Of a stretch of DNA of 64,000 bases, positions 23,208 to 35,481 are shown piece by piece (the first letter of the stretch is position 1; each line of letters starts with the position of its first letter). The notes beneath the pieces were generated by a model, which saw only the letters and a list, made by a program, of their open reading frames with translations, made no database searches and was not told the origin of the DNA. The DNA is from Arsenophonus sp. (lineage in GTDB: Bacteria > Pseudomonadota > Gammaproteobacteria > Enterobacterales > Enterobacteriaceae). The translations under genes and the position numbers were made by a program. The stretch lies in contig CP132909.1 of assembly GCA_031446125.1 (NCBI GenBank), forward strand, positions 340,678 through 404,677, in the 5' to 3' direction.

Positions 23208-25649
23208 ATGTCATTTTGGTACAAAATTTACTATAATTTATTATATTTAGCAATAAAATTTCTTGTAAAAAGTAAACTAATACCACCAGATCCAATTAAC
23301 GAACTACATCTTGATACAAAACATTCTTTTTTGTATGTGTTACCATATTATTCAAAAACAGATTTATTAACATTACGAAAACAATGTTTTTCTATTGGTT
23401 TACCTGATCCTCTTCATCCTATCACAATCAATAAAACAAAATTACCTGCTTACTTATTTATTGATGATAAACCAAAAATATTTCGTTACTGTACATCGGA
23501 CATAAGAACAGATTCAATAAAAACATTTCTTACTTACCTTGATCTTCATTTTAATAATCCAGATTTAAATATTCAATTATTACCTGTATCAATAATGTTT
23601 GGAAGAGCACCGGGTCATGAAACTCGTTTTAAAAAATCTTCTTTACATTTTCTTTATGGAATTAAAAAATTTTTATCCATTATATGGTTAGGACGTGATA
23701 GTTTTATACGATTTTCTCCTACTATTTTTTTACAAAAAATAGTTTATGAACATGGAAGTGATAAATTCATAGTCAAAAAACTGATTCGAGTAGCACGTAT
23801 TCATTATTCACGGCAACGATTAGCAGCTATCGGCCCACAACTGCCTATAAAAAATGATTTATTTAATAAACTATTAAAATTAAAAATAATTAAAAAATCG
23901 ATTGAAGATGAAGCAAAAATAAAAAAAATTTCACTTAAAAAAGCAAAAAAAAATGCTATTAATATAATGGAAGAAATTTCTGCTAATTTCTCCTATGAAG
24001 CGATTCGTATTACCGATCGTATATTAAGTTGGACATGGAACAAACTCTATCAAGGTATTACTGTAAAACATGCTGAACGTGTGCGTCAATTAGCACAAAA
24101 TGTTCATGAAATTGTATATATTCCATGTCATCGTAGTCATATGGATTATTTATTAATTTCTTATGTACTCTATCATCAAGGTTTAGTACCGCCTCATATA
24201 GCCGCAGGTTCCAATCTTAATTTTTGGCCTATCGGACAAATTTTTCGTCATTTAGGTGCTTTTTTTATTCGTCGTTCGTTTAATGGAAATAAATTATATT
24301 CTAATATATTTCGTGAATATCTTAGTGAATTATTTTTGCGTGGATATTCAATTGAATATTTTATTGAAGGAGGACGCTCTAGAACTGGTCGTTTATTATC
24401 ACCAAAAACAGGTACGCTTTCTATAACTATACAAGCAATGTTAAGAGAAAATATACGTCAAATTACTATTGTTCCAATTTATATTGGTTACGACCATGTA
24501 TTAGAAGTAGAGAGTTACATTAAGGAACTACAAGGTGAAAAAAAAGAAAAAGAAAATTTATTTACAATATTAAAAAGTTTATTTAAACTAAGAAAACTTG
24601 GAAAAAGTTATGTAAATTTTGGTCAGCCTATTAAACTAAAAAACTATTTAAACAAATTGATTCCAACATGGCGCCAATCTTCAAATATTATTTATACAAA
24701 ACGTCCAATATGGCTGAATTCAATTGTAACAAAATTAGCCCATAATATTATGGTTAGAATTAATAATGCCACTGTTGTTAATTCAATTAATTTATCTTCT
24801 ACAGCTTTACTAGCTTCTAAAGAAGGTGCTTTAACAAAAAAACAATTTTTAAGACAAATTGAATGTTATTTAGAACTTTTAAAAAATATCCCTTATAGCG
24901 ATGAAAGTACAACACCTAACGAAACTGCAAGCAATCTTTTAAATGAAGCATTAAAATTAAAAAAAATTATAATTAAAAAAAATAAAATAGATGACATTAT
25001 TTTACTACCAAAAAAAAATATAGTAATAATGACCTATTACAGAAATAATATCATACATTTATTAATTTTGCCGGCTTTATTAGCTAATATAATATTAAAT
25101 AATAATAATATTCACTTACACGAAATTTATCGTCAGGTAAAACTCATTTATCCATTTTTAAAAGCAGAACTTTTCGTTAGATATAATCTCGAAGAATTAT
25201 CTGATACGATTAAAACTACAATTAATGAATTAATACGTCAAAAATTAATATTTAAAAATAAAGATTGCATGAATGTTAATAAAAATAATATACATACTTT
25301 GGAACTATTAGCAGCAAATATTAAAGAAATTTTAGAACGCTATGCTATCACATTGGCATTACTAAATAAAACAAATAGAATTAGTCGAACAATCTTAGAA
25401 AAAGAGACTTATATACTTGCGAAATATATCTCTATTTTACATGGCATTAATACATTAGAATTTTTTGATAAAATAAGTTTTGCAACTCTACTTAATACTT
25501 TAAAAAAACAAGGCTATATTAATAAAGAAGGCAATATGATTATTAGATTAAATTCAAAAACAATATATCATAATATTATTAAATTAATATCTACTGAAGT
25601 TCGTTTTACAATTGAAAACATTCATAACACTTCACATAATGTATCATAA
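23208..25649 (+). CDS. plsB: Glycerol-3-phosphate acyltransferase PlsB
   Basis: 813 aa versus 807 in E. coli. The HX4D acyltransferase motif ([11 protein letters not shown]) and [12 protein letters not shown] are visible. Confidence 0.95.
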   Translation: MSFWYKIYYNLLYLAIKFLVKSKLIPPDPINELHLDTKHSFLYVLPYYSKTDLLTLRKQCFSIGLPDPLHPITINKTKLPAYLFIDDKPKIFRYCTSDIRTDSIKTFLTYLDLHFNNPDLNIQLLPVSIMFGRAPGHETRFKKSSLHFLYGIKKFLSIIWLGRDSFIRFSPTIFLQKIVYEHGSDKFIVKKLIRVARIHYSRQRLAAIGPQLPIKNDLFNKLLKLKIIKKSIEDEAKIKKISLKKAKKNAINIMEEISANFSYEAIRITDRILSWTWNKLYQGITVKHAERVRQLAQNVHEIVYIPCHRSHMDYLLISYVLYHQGLVPPHIAAGSNLNFWPIGQIFRHLGAFFIRRSFNGNKLYSNIFREYLSELFLRGYSIEYFIEGGRSRTGRLLSPKTGTLSITIQAMLRENIRQITIVPIYIGYDHVLEVESYIKELQGEKKEKENLFTILKSLFKLRKLGKSYVNFGQPIKLKNYLNKLIPTWRQSSNIIYTKRPIWLNSIVTKLAHNIMVRINNATVVNSINLSSTALLASKEGALTKKQFLRQIECYLELLKNIPYSDESTTPNETASNLLNEALKLKKIIIKKNKIDDIILLPKKNIVIMTYYRNNIIHLLILPALLANIILNNNNIHLHEIYRQVKLIYPFLKAELFVRYNLEELSDTIKTTINELIRQKLIFKNKDCMNVNKNNIHTLELLAANIKEILERYAITLALLNKTNRISRTILEKETYILAKYISILHGINTLEFFDKISFATLLNTLKKQGYINKEGNMIIRLNSKTIYHNIIKLISTEVRFTIENIHNTSHNVS

Positions 25650-25652
25650 TTA

Positions 25653-26518
25653 TCAAAAATTTAAAAAAATACCAATAAATAATGCCAAACCAACATAATT
25701 ATTACTCACAAATGCTTTAAAACATAAGATTGGTTGACGATTTGCTATCAATATTTGTTGATAAATAAAGATAAATAATATTAGTATTAAACTTATATAA
25801 TAAGATATACCAAAATCTATGTAATATTTCATGTAAAATAATACTAACAACATTAATAATTGCAAAATAAAAATAATTAATTTATCAAATCTTCCAAAAA
25901 TAATTGCTGTTGATTTTATACCAATTATTATATCATCATTACGATCAACCATTGCATACTGGGTATCATAAATAACAGACCAAATAATATTGACTAAAAA
26001 TAATAACCAACACTCCAAAGGAAAAGAATCAATAACTGCTGCATAAACCATTGGGATTGACCAACCAAACGTAATACCTAATATTATTTGAGGAAAATAA
26101 GTAAATTGTTTAAAAAAGGGATAAGTTACAGTTAGTAATAAACCGAAAATAGATAACACGATCGTTTTATTATTTAAATTTAAAACTAATAAAAACGAAG
26201 AAATAATTAATAAAAAAAAATAATTTTTGCTTCTCGTATACTTATGCTACCCTTTATTAAGGGACGTTTTTTAGTTCTAGAAACATAAGCATCAAATTTT
26301 CTATCAACATAATCATTTACAATACATCCGGCAGAACGCATCAAAAAAATACCAGTAGTAAAAATAAACAAAACATAAAAATTTGGCAATCCACGATTAG
26401 ATAACCACAATGCCCAATAAGTAGGCCATAACAAAAGAAAAAAACCAGTAGGCTGATTCAGCCGTATCAAATCAAAATAACACAAAAATTTATTAAAATT
26501 TAAAATTTTATTTTCCAA
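25653..26518 (-). pseudogene. ubiA: 4-hydroxybenzoate polyprenyltransferase UbiA, interrupted by a 1-nt frameshift in a homopolymer
   Basis: Track ORFs 26207..26518 (N-terminal 103 aa, with NDYVDRKFD) and 25653..26159 (C-terminal 168 aa, with [13 protein letters not shown]) are the two halves of UbiA. The C-terminal frame stays open upstream to about 26225. One extra T in the T9 run (plus-strand A9 at 26212-26220) would join them into 288 aa (E. coli 290 aa). Confidence 0.88.
26212..26220 (-). repeat. T9 homopolymer (coding strand) containing the ubiA frameshift
   Basis: Minus strand reads gca aaa att att ttt ttt tat taa. With T10 it would read att att ttt ttt tta tta att att tct (IIFFLLIIS), which aligns without gaps to the E. 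coli UbiA segment [10 protein letters not shown]. Confidence 0.9.
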
Positions 26519-27301
26519 AATTTTTATTCTCTAAATATCTTATTTTTTATTTTTTGTTATATAAAATTATATAACTTATTTACTTATATACTTATATCAA
26601 AATTATATGCTTATTTTAAATAACACTTCTATAAGCATTAAAGATGCCAATTTTAAATTTATCACATATTTATAATCAATCAGTAATACGTCTATATTTT
26701 TCAAAAAAATATATCGTTTACTAAAAATATATGAAAATAAATAACTAATTAAATATTATATTTTTTCTTATGATAAAATATAATTTTTTTTAATTATTTT
26801 TTTATTAAAAAAAATTAAACAAAATTTTTTGTAAAAAAATATTTTTATATATCTCAATCATATATTCTTTAAAATTTTTTTATTGACACTATATATTATA
26901 AAAAATTAATAAAGTATCAGATCAAAATATTTTTTTATATAAAAAATCACTAATAAAAAAATAAATATATTAATATTAAAATTTTTTAAAAAATTAAAAA
27001 ATAGAAATAAAATAATTACATTTTTTAAAAATACTAATTTAAAATGTATATAAAAAACAAGACATGAAAATGATATTTATAAAATTTTTTTAATGAAATA
27101 TTTTTACATTAAAATATCATATTTACTTAAAATTAACATTTATTTATTATAAAAATTTTATAATCTGTATTTTAAAATATAATAATATTATACTTTAAGA
27201 AAAATTAAAAGTATGTTATCTCTTTTTTAGATTTATTAAATCATTATTAAAAAATCAACAATAAGTTTTTTAGAAAAAACTTATTTATGGATAGATAAAA
27301 A

Positions 27302-29014
27302 ATGAGAACAAGTCAATATCTTCTCTGTACTTTAAAAGAAATGCCTTCAGATACTGAAGTAATTAGTCATAAATTAATGCTTAAAGCAGGCATGATACGT
27401 AAACTTGCTTCTGGATTATATAATTGGCTACCAACTGGTGTTCGAGTATTAAAAAAAATCAAAAATATTATTCGTGAAGAAATGAACCAAACTGGTGCAA
27501 TTGAAATTGCTACACCGATAGTTCAACCTGCAAAATTATGGAAAAAAAGCCGTCGATGGGAACAATATGGACCGGAATTACTAAGTTTTATGTATCATGG
27601 TGATGAATCTTTCGTTCTTGGACCTACTAATGAGGAAGTTATCACTGATCTTATGCGTCATGAAATAAATTCTTATAAACAATTACCTTTAAATGTATAT
27701 CAAATTCAAACAAAATTTCGTGATGAAATTAGACCACGTTTTGGTGTTATAAGATCTCGTGAATTTATTATGAAAGATGCCTACTCATTTCATATCGATC
27801 AAAAATCACTTCAAAAAACTTACGATATTATGTACACAACATATAATAAAATTTTTACACGTATTGGTTTTAATTTTAGAGTTGTAAAAGCAGACACTGG
27901 CTCTATTGGTGGTAATATATCACATGAATTTCAAGTATTAGCAGATAGTGGAGAAGATAATATTGTTTTTTCTAATAAATCAAATTATGCTTCTAATATT
28001 GAATTAGCCGAAACTATTTGTCTAACAAAACGTCCAAAACCTACTGAAAATATGCGTCTTATTAGTACACCTAACATAAAAAGTATTTCTGAATTATCAA
28101 AATTATACAATTTACCTATTGAAAAAATCGTCAAAACTTTAATAGTAATCGGTGTAAAAAATCATGGACATCAACTTGTTGCTTTATTAATCCGTGCTGA
28201 TCATGAATTAAATAAACTAAAAGCAGAAAAACATCCTTTAATTTCTACTCCATTAAAATTTGCCACAAAAGAAGAAATAAAAAAAATATTAAAAGTTAGT
28301 CCAAATACATTAGGTCCCATAAACTTATTAGTACCTATAATTATAGATAGTAGTGTTGCAGTCATGAGCGATTTTACTGCTGGAGCTAATATTAATAACA
28401 AACATTATTTTGGTATTAATTGGAAAAGAGATATCTCTATACCTTATATTTATGATTTACGAAATGTCGTCTCAGGAGATCCAAGCCCAGATGGCAAAGG
28501 AATACTACAAACGAAACGTGGAATTGAAATAGGTCATATTTTTCAACTGGGAGAAAAATATGCCAAAGCAATGAATTTTACTGTTCAAAACAAAAATGGA
28601 GATCATAAAACTATTACTATGGGGTGTTATGGGATTGGTATAACAAGAATTATAGCAGCAGCAATTGAACAAAACAATGACGATAAGGGGATTATTTGGA
28701 CCGATGCCATTGCACCTTTTCAAGTTGCAATTCTACCTATAAATATGCATAAATCATATCGTGTTCAAGAAGTTTCTGAAAAAATTTATCATGCATTAAA
28801 AAAACATAATATTGATGTATTATTTGATGATCGAAAGGAACAACCAGGTATAATGTTTGCTGACATAGAACTGATTGGAATACCACATATAATAATAATT
28901 AGTGAATTTCATTTAAATCAAAATCAAATAGAATATAAATATCGAAGAAATAACAAAAAAGAATTTATTAATCTTCTTGAAATAATTGATTTTCTAAAAA
29001 AAAAATGTAACTAG
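27302..29014 (+). CDS. proS: Prolyl-tRNA synthetase
   Basis: 570 aa versus 572 in E. coli. Class II motifs are visible: [25 protein letters not shown] and [13 protein letters not shown]. Confidence 0.96.
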   Translation: MRTSQYLLCTLKEMPSDTEVISHKLMLKAGMIRKLASGLYNWLPTGVRVLKKIKNIIREEMNQTGAIEIATPIVQPAKLWKKSRRWEQYGPELLSFMYHGDESFVLGPTNEEVITDLMRHEINSYKQLPLNVYQIQTKFRDEIRPRFGVIRSREFIMKDAYSFHIDQKSLQKTYDIMYTTYNKIFTRIGFNFRVVKADTGSIGGNISHEFQVLADSGEDNIVFSNKSNYASNIELAETICLTKRPKPTENMRLISTPNIKSISELSKLYNLPIEKIVKTLIVIGVKNHGHQLVALLIRADHELNKLKAEKHPLISTPLKFATKEEIKKILKVSPNTLGPINLLVPIIIDSSVAVMSDFTAGANINNKHYFGINWKRDISIPYIYDLRNVVSGDPSPDGKGILQTKRGIEIGHIFQLGEKYAKAMNFTVQNKNGDHKTITMGCYGIGITRIIAAAIEQNNDDKGIIWTDAIAPFQVAILPINMHKSYRVQEVSEKIYHALKKHNIDVLFDDRKEQPGIMFADIELIGIPHIIIISEFHLNQNQIEYKYRRNNKKEFINLLEIIDFLKKKCN

Positions 29015-29283
29015 TTTATTACATCTACTATTTAATTAACTGTAAATCTTAATTTTTATAAAAAATTGACTAAAAATAATTAAAAAACAAATAAAATTTG
29101 CTCAATATTAATTTCTCTTATATTCCATAAAAATATTATTACTCGTTTTAATCAATATTTAAAATATTCACATATATTAATATATTATAAAAAATATAAT
29201 GATTTATAATTTTATATAAAAAGATTAATATCAGATAATTAATAATCATTATTTTTTTAGAATTTATATATATAAAAAAATAT

Positions 29284-30600
29284 TTATTTTTTTATTAAAT
29301 TAAGCTTAAGTTCCATTCCATCAATACATCTTCCTGATTCTGTTACAAAAACATTAACAGCTGTAATAAGTACATCATCATAATAAATTAAAGGAATTCT
29401 TTTTCTGAGCCAAGGCGCAACACCTAATTCTTGCCATAATTTTTTGCTTTTTCTAGAATATTTACGTCCAATAATTTGAATATTTCCTTTTACTCCAAAT
29501 CTAACAGTAACTTTTTCATCAGAAAATGGAAAACGAAAACCGATCCCATGATTTGCAATAATCAAAGTACCTAAATTATCAGGCAATATAAGAGGTTTAG
29601 AAAGATTCCATAGCAAAGAAATATTACTAATATCTTTAAATTTTGGTAAAATCCATAACTTTTTTTGAAAACGACGAATAACATTATTTTTTAAAATAAA
29701 TTCTGGTTTTGCATCATTTCGTGCACATATAACTTCTTGCCAAATTATCTTTAATTGAAGACAGGAAGGCATCAAAATTTTATGCAAACGAAACCAACAT
29801 CGCAATATTGCATTACGCTTAATTCTAGAATAACTTAACAAATCAGTTATTTTTAATGCCCCTTGATCTGTAATTAAACGTGAGAAACAATCTTCTAATA
29901 ATTCATTTAATAAAGTTTCTTGTTCTGCACACAAAGTAGCACTTCTAAAAACTGCATGAGAAAAATTTGGCCATCTACTACAAAAATGTGGCATAATATT
30001 TAAACGCAAAAAATTACGGTCATAAATTTTATTTTTATTACTATCATCTTCTATCCAATAAAGTATTTTTTTTTTTGCATATAACTCTAATTCTTTACGA
30101 GTAAAAGATAATAATGGTCTTATTAAATAAGTATGAAAAAAAGGCATAGAAAATGCCATAGAAGATAGTCCAGCGGGTCCACTACCACGCTTTAATGCTA
30201 ATAAAAAAGTTTCAGCTTGATCATCTAAATGTTGTCCTATAACAAGAACTTCTTTTGGTAATAACATTTTACGAAATGCTTGATATCGAGCAATACGTGC
30301 TCCTCCTTCTAAACCATGCTCAGTCGAATCTATATGAATATACTGTAAATGAAATTCTACTTTCCAATTGAAACAGATTTTTTTACAATGAATTAACCAA
30401 TTATCAGCTTTATGATTAATTCCATGATGAACATAAAGTGCACGAATATTTAAATTAGGATTTATAATTTCACGTAATCTTACTAGTGCATGTAATAATA
30501 CAGTTGAATCTAATCCACCGCTAAAACCTACTAATAGATTTTCTATAAAACCAATATTTTTGATAATTTTCTTTAAAAATATTATTTCATTAATACACAT
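29284..30600 (-). CDS. tilS: tRNA(Ile)-lysidine synthase TilS
   Basis: 438 aa with the PP-loop VGFSGGLDSTVLLH and the GQHLDDQAETFLL motif. Syntenic next to accA. Confidence 0.92.
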   Translation of the reverse strand: MCINEIIFLKKIIKNIGFIENLLVGFSGGLDSTVLLHALVRLREIINPNLNIRALYVHHGINHKADNWLIHCKKICFNWKVEFHLQYIHIDSTEHGLEGGARIARYQAFRKMLLPKEVLVIGQHLDDQAETFLLALKRGSGPAGLSSMAFSMPFFHTYLIRPLLSFTRKELELYAKKKILYWIEDDSNKNKIYDRNFLRLNIMPHFCSRWPNFSHAVFRSATLCAEQETLLNELLEDCFSRLITDQGALKITDLLSYSRIKRNAILRCWFRLHKILMPSCLQLKIIWQEVICARNDAKPEFILKNNVIRRFQKKLWILPKFKDISNISLLWNLSKPLILPDNLGTLIIANHGIGFRFPFSDEKVTVRFGVKGNIQIIGRKYSRKSKKLWQELGVAPWLRKRIPLIYYDDVLITAVNVFVTESGRCIDGMELKLNLIKK

Positions 30601-30776
30601 AATTATTTTAGTAATACTATTATCAATAATTTAATTTAAATAATTAAACGACTCTTTTAAATATTTTTAATAAATATCACAATATATGATACTTTATTTT
30701 TAAGATATAAATAAAAATAATTAATTATTTCATTAATCATTTATAAATTTTGAACAATAAGCCATTAGTCTTAAAT

Positions 30777-31736
30777 TTAACAATAACCATATTCCATTAA
30801 ACGTTGATAACGATAATTCCTTAAATCTTCAGGAGCTAGTAAATCGATATCACTTAAGTCATCTAAAATGCGATTTTTAAGATTATTAGCAATTTTTGTA
30901 TAATTTCTATGTGCACCACCCAATGGTTCTTCAACGATGTTATCAATAAGTTTAAGTAATTTTAAACGAGCAGCTGTAATACCCATGGCTTCAGCTGCCA
31001 ATGGGGCTTTCTCAACAGTTTTCCAAAGAATAGAAGCACAACCTTCTGGGGAAATAACAGAATAAGTGCTATATTGTAACATATTAACTTTGTCACCTAC
31101 TCCAATTGCTAATGCACCACCAGAACCTCCTTCACCAATAACTGTACAAATAATAGGAACGGAAAATTGAGACATTTCACATAAATTGCTTGCAATTGCA
31201 TTAGATTGACCACGTTCTTCAGCACCAACACCAGGATAAGCACCAGGTGTATCAATAAAAGTAATAATAGGTAACTTAAAACGCTCAGCAATTTTCATTA
31301 ATCGCAAAGCTTTACGATATCCTTCTGGTGCTGGCATACCAAAATTCCTTCGAATTTTTTCTTTTATTTCACGTCCTTTTTGATGGCCAATAATCATTAC
31401 TGGACGTCCATCTAATCGAGCTAAACCACCGACAATTGCTTTATCATCAGCATAAGTGCGATCACCAGCTAATTCTTGAAAATGAGTAAATATATGTTGA
31501 ATATAATCTAGAGTATAAGGTCTCATTGGATGACGAGCTAGTTGAGAAATTTGCCAAGCACATAAATTAGAAAAAATTTTTTTAGTAAGTTCTATGCTTT
31601 TTTCATTCAACTTAGCAATCTCTTCATCTAAATCAATATCTAATTGAGTATCCTTGCGATTAACCGTCATTAAAGAATTGATTTTTTCTTCTAAATCAAC
31701 AATTGGTTGTTCAAAATCCAAAAAATTAAGGGTCAT
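30777..31736 (-). CDS. accA: Acetyl-CoA carboxylase carboxyltransferase alpha subunit
   Basis: 319 aa, the same as E. coli. [20 protein letters not shown] and [15 protein letters not shown] are visible. Confidence 0.96.
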   Translation of the reverse strand: MTLNFLDFEQPIVDLEEKINSLMTVNRKDTQLDIDLDEEIAKLNEKSIELTKKIFSNLCAWQISQLARHPMRPYTLDYIQHIFTHFQELAGDRTYADDKAIVGGLARLDGRPVMIIGHQKGREIKEKIRRNFGMPAPEGYRKALRLMKIAERFKLPIITFIDTPGAYPGVGAEERGQSNAIASNLCEMSQFSVPIICTVIGEGGSGGALAIGVGDKVNMLQYSTYSVISPEGCASILWKTVEKAPLAAEAMGITAARLKLLKLIDNIVEEPLGGAHRNYTKIANNLKNRILDDLSDIDLLAPEDLRNYRYQRLMEYGYC

Positions 31737-31747
31737 AAATATTCCTA

Positions 31748-34700
31748 TTAATCAAATTTTAATTCAATCTTCTTATTACTTAAGAACATTCTCAGCTCAC
31801 TTAAAAGATGATTTGTAGGAATAACATACCAAGTAAAAACTAAATTTAATTTAGCACTACCTTCTTTTTTTTGATGATTATTATCATAAAGATAAACTGG
31901 GATTGTTCCTGAACAGTAAGGATTTAATATTTTATCGAGATTTTTTAATAGTTCCTTACTAGCAGTTTTTATTTCTTTTAATACAATACAAATACTTTTT
32001 AAATATTTTTCTCGTGCTTTACTAAGTTCGATTAATTTGTAAACAGACATTTTATAAAAACCATTAAAATTATCAAAACTGATCTTCCCTGTAGCAATCA
32101 ATATTTTATTTTTTTCTACCAAATGGTTATATTTTTTAAACACATCTGAAAAAAGTATTATATCCAAACGTCCAGAACCATCATCCAAAGTACATATACT
32201 AATCTTATTGGAATTTTTAGTTGTCATAATTTTGATTTTTGATACTAAACCAACCACTGTTGATTTCTCTCCATTAAGATATGAAGAAACATCCTTTAAA
32301 CGTAATCTAGTAATATACCGTTTGATTTCTGATAAATAAGCATTCATAGGATGCCCAGTTAAATAAAACCCTAAACTTTCATGTTCATTTTCTAATAAAA
32401 TATTTTCATTCCATTTAGGTATATTGAAATATGTTTTTTTTACACGTTCAGGAGATTCAACAAATTCACCAAACATATCACCTTGTCCGATAGCCTCTGC
32501 TTTAGAATATTGATCAGCCACTTTAAATGCATCTTTTAATAAAAATATTAACTCTGCACGATGCTGACCTAAATGATCAAAAGCACCTGACATAATTAAT
32601 TTCTCCATTACTCGACGATTAAGTTTTTGAGTACCAATGCGTTTACAAAAATCAAAAATATCTTTAAAATAACCATCTTTTTGACGCGATCGAACAATAG
32701 CTTCCACCAGAATTTCACCAATACCTTTAATTGCGCCTATTCCATAAAGAATTTCATTATTTTCATTAACATGAAAATTGTATAATCCAATATTAATATT
32801 AGGCGGTAAAACTTTTAACCCCATACGCCAACATTCATCAATTAAAGTAACTATTTTATCAGTATTATCCATATCTGCAGTAAGAACAGCTGCCATAAAT
32901 TCAGCTGGATAATGTACTTTTAACCAAAGTGTTTGGTAAGAAACTAATGCATAAGCAGTGGAATGTGATTTATTAAAACCATAACCAGCAAATTTTTCTA
33001 ATAAATTAAAAATTTTCATTCCTAATTTACTATCAATGCCATTTTTAATGATTCCTTTTTTAAAGATTAATCGTTGCTTACACATTTCTTCTGGTTTTTT
33101 TTTACTCATTGCTCGACGCAACATATCTGCTTCAGCTAAAGTATAACCAGCAAGTACCTGAGCAATTTTCATGACTTGTTCTTGATAAAGAATAATACCA
33201 TATGTAGACTCTAAAATTGGTTTTAATAACTCATGTTGCCATACAACATCAGGATAAGAAATTGCTTCTCTTCCATTCTTACGATTAATAAAATTATCAA
33301 CCATTCCTGATTGTAATGGGCCAGGACGAAAAAGTGCAATCAAAGCAATCATATCATTAAAAGAATCTGGACGTAATCGTTTAATTAAATCTTTCATCCC
33401 ATTAGATTCTAATTGAAATACTGCTGTTGTTTCTCCTCTTTGCAACAATTTAAAACATTTTTCATCATTTAATGGAATAGCGCTTATATCGATATTCTTT
33501 GATTTTTTTTGAAATCGAAGATCATTAATCATTTTTAATGCCCACTTAATTATGGTTAATGTTCTAAGACCAAGAAAATCAAATTTTACTAAACCTACAT
33601 ATTCAACATCATTTTTATCAAATTGCGTAAGTGGATTTTTTCCTTCTGAATCACAATACAATGGTGTAAAATCTGTAATTTTTGTTGGTGAAATAACTAC
33701 ACCACCAGCATGTTTTCCAGCATTACGAGTAATACCTTCAAGTTTACAAGCAATATCTATTAATTCTTTTACTTCTTCTTCTTTATGGTAAATTTCTTGT
33801 AATTGTGGCTCCAAAACCAAGGCTTTTTTTATGGTTATACCGTGTTCAAAAGGAACTAATTTAGAAATTCGATTGACAAAACCATATGAATAACCAAGTA
33901 CTCTACCTACATCTCGAATTGCTCCTTTTGCTGCCATTGTACCAAAAGTAATAATTTGTGAAACCGCTTCACGACCATAAATTTTCGCAACGTGATCAAT
34001 AACTTGATCACGTTTTTCCATGCAAAAATCGATATCAAAATCTGGCATGGAAATACGCTCAAGATTTAAAAATCGTTCAAATAACAAATCAAATTTTAAA
34101 GGATCTAAATCAGTAATTTTTAATGAATATGCCACTAATGAACCAGCACCTGAACCACGACCTGGACCGACAGGGATATTATTATCTTTTGCCCACTGAA
34201 TAAACTCCATTACAATAAGAAAATAACCAGGAAAACCCATTTTATTAATTACTTGTAATTCAGTGTTTAAACGTTTAATGTACTTTAATCTCTTTTTATC
34301 TCTCTTTTTTTTATCTGGATATAAAAATTGCAAACGTTTTTCAAGCCCAATTTTAGCATTTCGAATCAAAAAATCTTTGGTTTCTATATTACCTGTAGGA
34401 AATTTTGGTAAAAAATATTTTCCTAAAGGAATTATCACATTACAACGCTTAGCAATTTCAACACTGTTTTTAAGTGCTGCAGGGATATCAGAAAATAATT
34501 CAACCATTTCTTCTTCATTACGTAAATATTGCTGAGGACTATAATTTTTAGATCGTTTCGTATCAGACAATGTAATACCATTGTGAATAGCGACACGTAT
34601 TTCATGTACTGAAAAATCATTACTGTACATAAAACGCACATTATTTGTAGCAACAACAGGTATACCAGTTGTTGCCGCTAAATCTACAGCTTTATACAAA

Positions 34701-35242
34701 TAATTTTCTTCATCAGGTAATCCTGTTCTAACAAGTTCTAAATAATAATTATTATGAAAATATGTTTGATAAAACTTCAAACACTTTTCAAGAATTTTTG
34801 TATTTTTTCGCAATAAACATTTACCAACATCTCCCATGCAAGCACCAGAAAGTAATAATAATCCTTCTTTATGTGCAACTAACCATTCTCTTTTTATCGT
34901 TGGTCCAATTGCTCCATAACCTTTTTTATAAGCTTCAGAAATCAGTAATATTAAGTTATGATAACCTTTATTGTTTTTGACAAGAATTGTTAAATGTGTG
35001 ATTTCATCACCTAATAATTCATTTTCTACATAAAAATCAGCTCCAATAATCGGTTTTATTCCAAAATTATGTGCTGAAATATAAAATTTTATTAATCCAT
35101 ATAAATTAGTGAAATCAGTTATTGCTAATGCTGGCATACCAAATTCTACCACTTTATGAATTAGAGCATCAATTTTTATTAACCCATCTATAATAGAATA
35201 ATCAGTATGTACACGCAAATGTACAAAACGTGGTTCAGACAT
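31748..35242 (-). CDS. dnaE: DNA polymerase III alpha subunit
   Basis: 1164 aa. The PHP N-terminus [25 protein letters not shown], the catalytic DFDIDFC and [10 protein letters not shown] are all visible. Confidence 0.97.
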   Translation of the reverse strand: MSEPRFVHLRVHTDYSIIDGLIKIDALIHKVVEFGMPALAITDFTNLYGLIKFYISAHNFGIKPIIGADFYVENELLGDEITHLTILVKNNKGYHNLILLISEAYKKGYGAIGPTIKREWLVAHKEGLLLLSGACMGDVGKCLLRKNTKILEKCLKFYQTYFHNNYYLELVRTGLPDEENYLYKAVDLAATTGIPVVATNNVRFMYSNDFSVHEIRVAIHNGITLSDTKRSKNYSPQQYLRNEEEMVELFSDIPAALKNSVEIAKRCNVIIPLGKYFLPKFPTGNIETKDFLIRNAKIGLEKRLQFLYPDKKKRDKKRLKYIKRLNTELQVINKMGFPGYFLIVMEFIQWAKDNNIPVGPGRGSGAGSLVAYSLKITDLDPLKFDLLFERFLNLERISMPDFDIDFCMEKRDQVIDHVAKIYGREAVSQIITFGTMAAKGAIRDVGRVLGYSYGFVNRISKLVPFEHGITIKKALVLEPQLQEIYHKEEEVKELIDIACKLEGITRNAGKHAGGVVISPTKITDFTPLYCDSEGKNPLTQFDKNDVEYVGLVKFDFLGLRTLTIIKWALKMINDLRFQKKSKNIDISAIPLNDEKCFKLLQRGETTAVFQLESNGMKDLIKRLRPDSFNDMIALIALFRPGPLQSGMVDNFINRKNGREAISYPDVVWQHELLKPILESTYGIILYQEQVMKIAQVLAGYTLAEADMLRRAMSKKKPEEMCKQRLIFKKGIIKNGIDSKLGMKIFNLLEKFAGYGFNKSHSTAYALVSYQTLWLKVHYPAEFMAAVLTADMDNTDKIVTLIDECWRMGLKVLPPNINIGLYNFHVNENNEILYGIGAIKGIGEILVEAIVRSRQKDGYFKDIFDFCKRIGTQKLNRRVMEKLIMSGAFDHLGQHRAELIFLLKDAFKVADQYSKAEAIGQGDMFGEFVESPERVKKTYFNIPKWNENILLENEHESLGFYLTGHPMNAYLSEIKRYITRLRLKDVSSYLNGEKSTVVGLVSKIKIMTTKNSNKISICTLDDGSGRLDIILFSDVFKKYNHLVEKNKILIATGKISFDNFNGFYKMSVYKLIELSKAREKYLKSICIVLKEIKTASKELLKNLDKILNPYCSGTIPVYLYDNNHQKKEGSAKLNLVFTWYVIPTNHLLSELRMFLSNKKIELKFD

Positions 35243-35481
35243 TGTCAGTAATCCCTTATAAATTATTAGATAAAAAATATATAAATTTTTATCAAAAAAT
35301 ATTTTACTATGAAATTTATTAAAATGAGAATTTTTTATAAAAATGATAATATCAGAAATATCAGTAAGCTAAAAAAAAATAATAACTAAAACTATTACCT
35401 TAATATTTTTAATGTGTATCTGTTATTAAAATATTTTTTTATATTTTTATAATCAAAATAAAATATTTATTTAATAAAAAT

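Noticed and set aside
31109-34980. Short ORFs overlapping accA and dnaE: 31109..31291, 33552..33791, 34263..34535, 34435..34656 and 34762..34980.
   Set aside because: All lie inside, antisense to, or out of frame with strongly conserved genes, and none has recognisable motifs. The same applies to 967..1155, 5835..6020, 12156..12362, 28201..28401, 28505..28723, 36287..36481, 37165..37347, 37372..37566, 49934..50122, 51162..51344, 51962..52159, 58158..58352 and 60237..60446.
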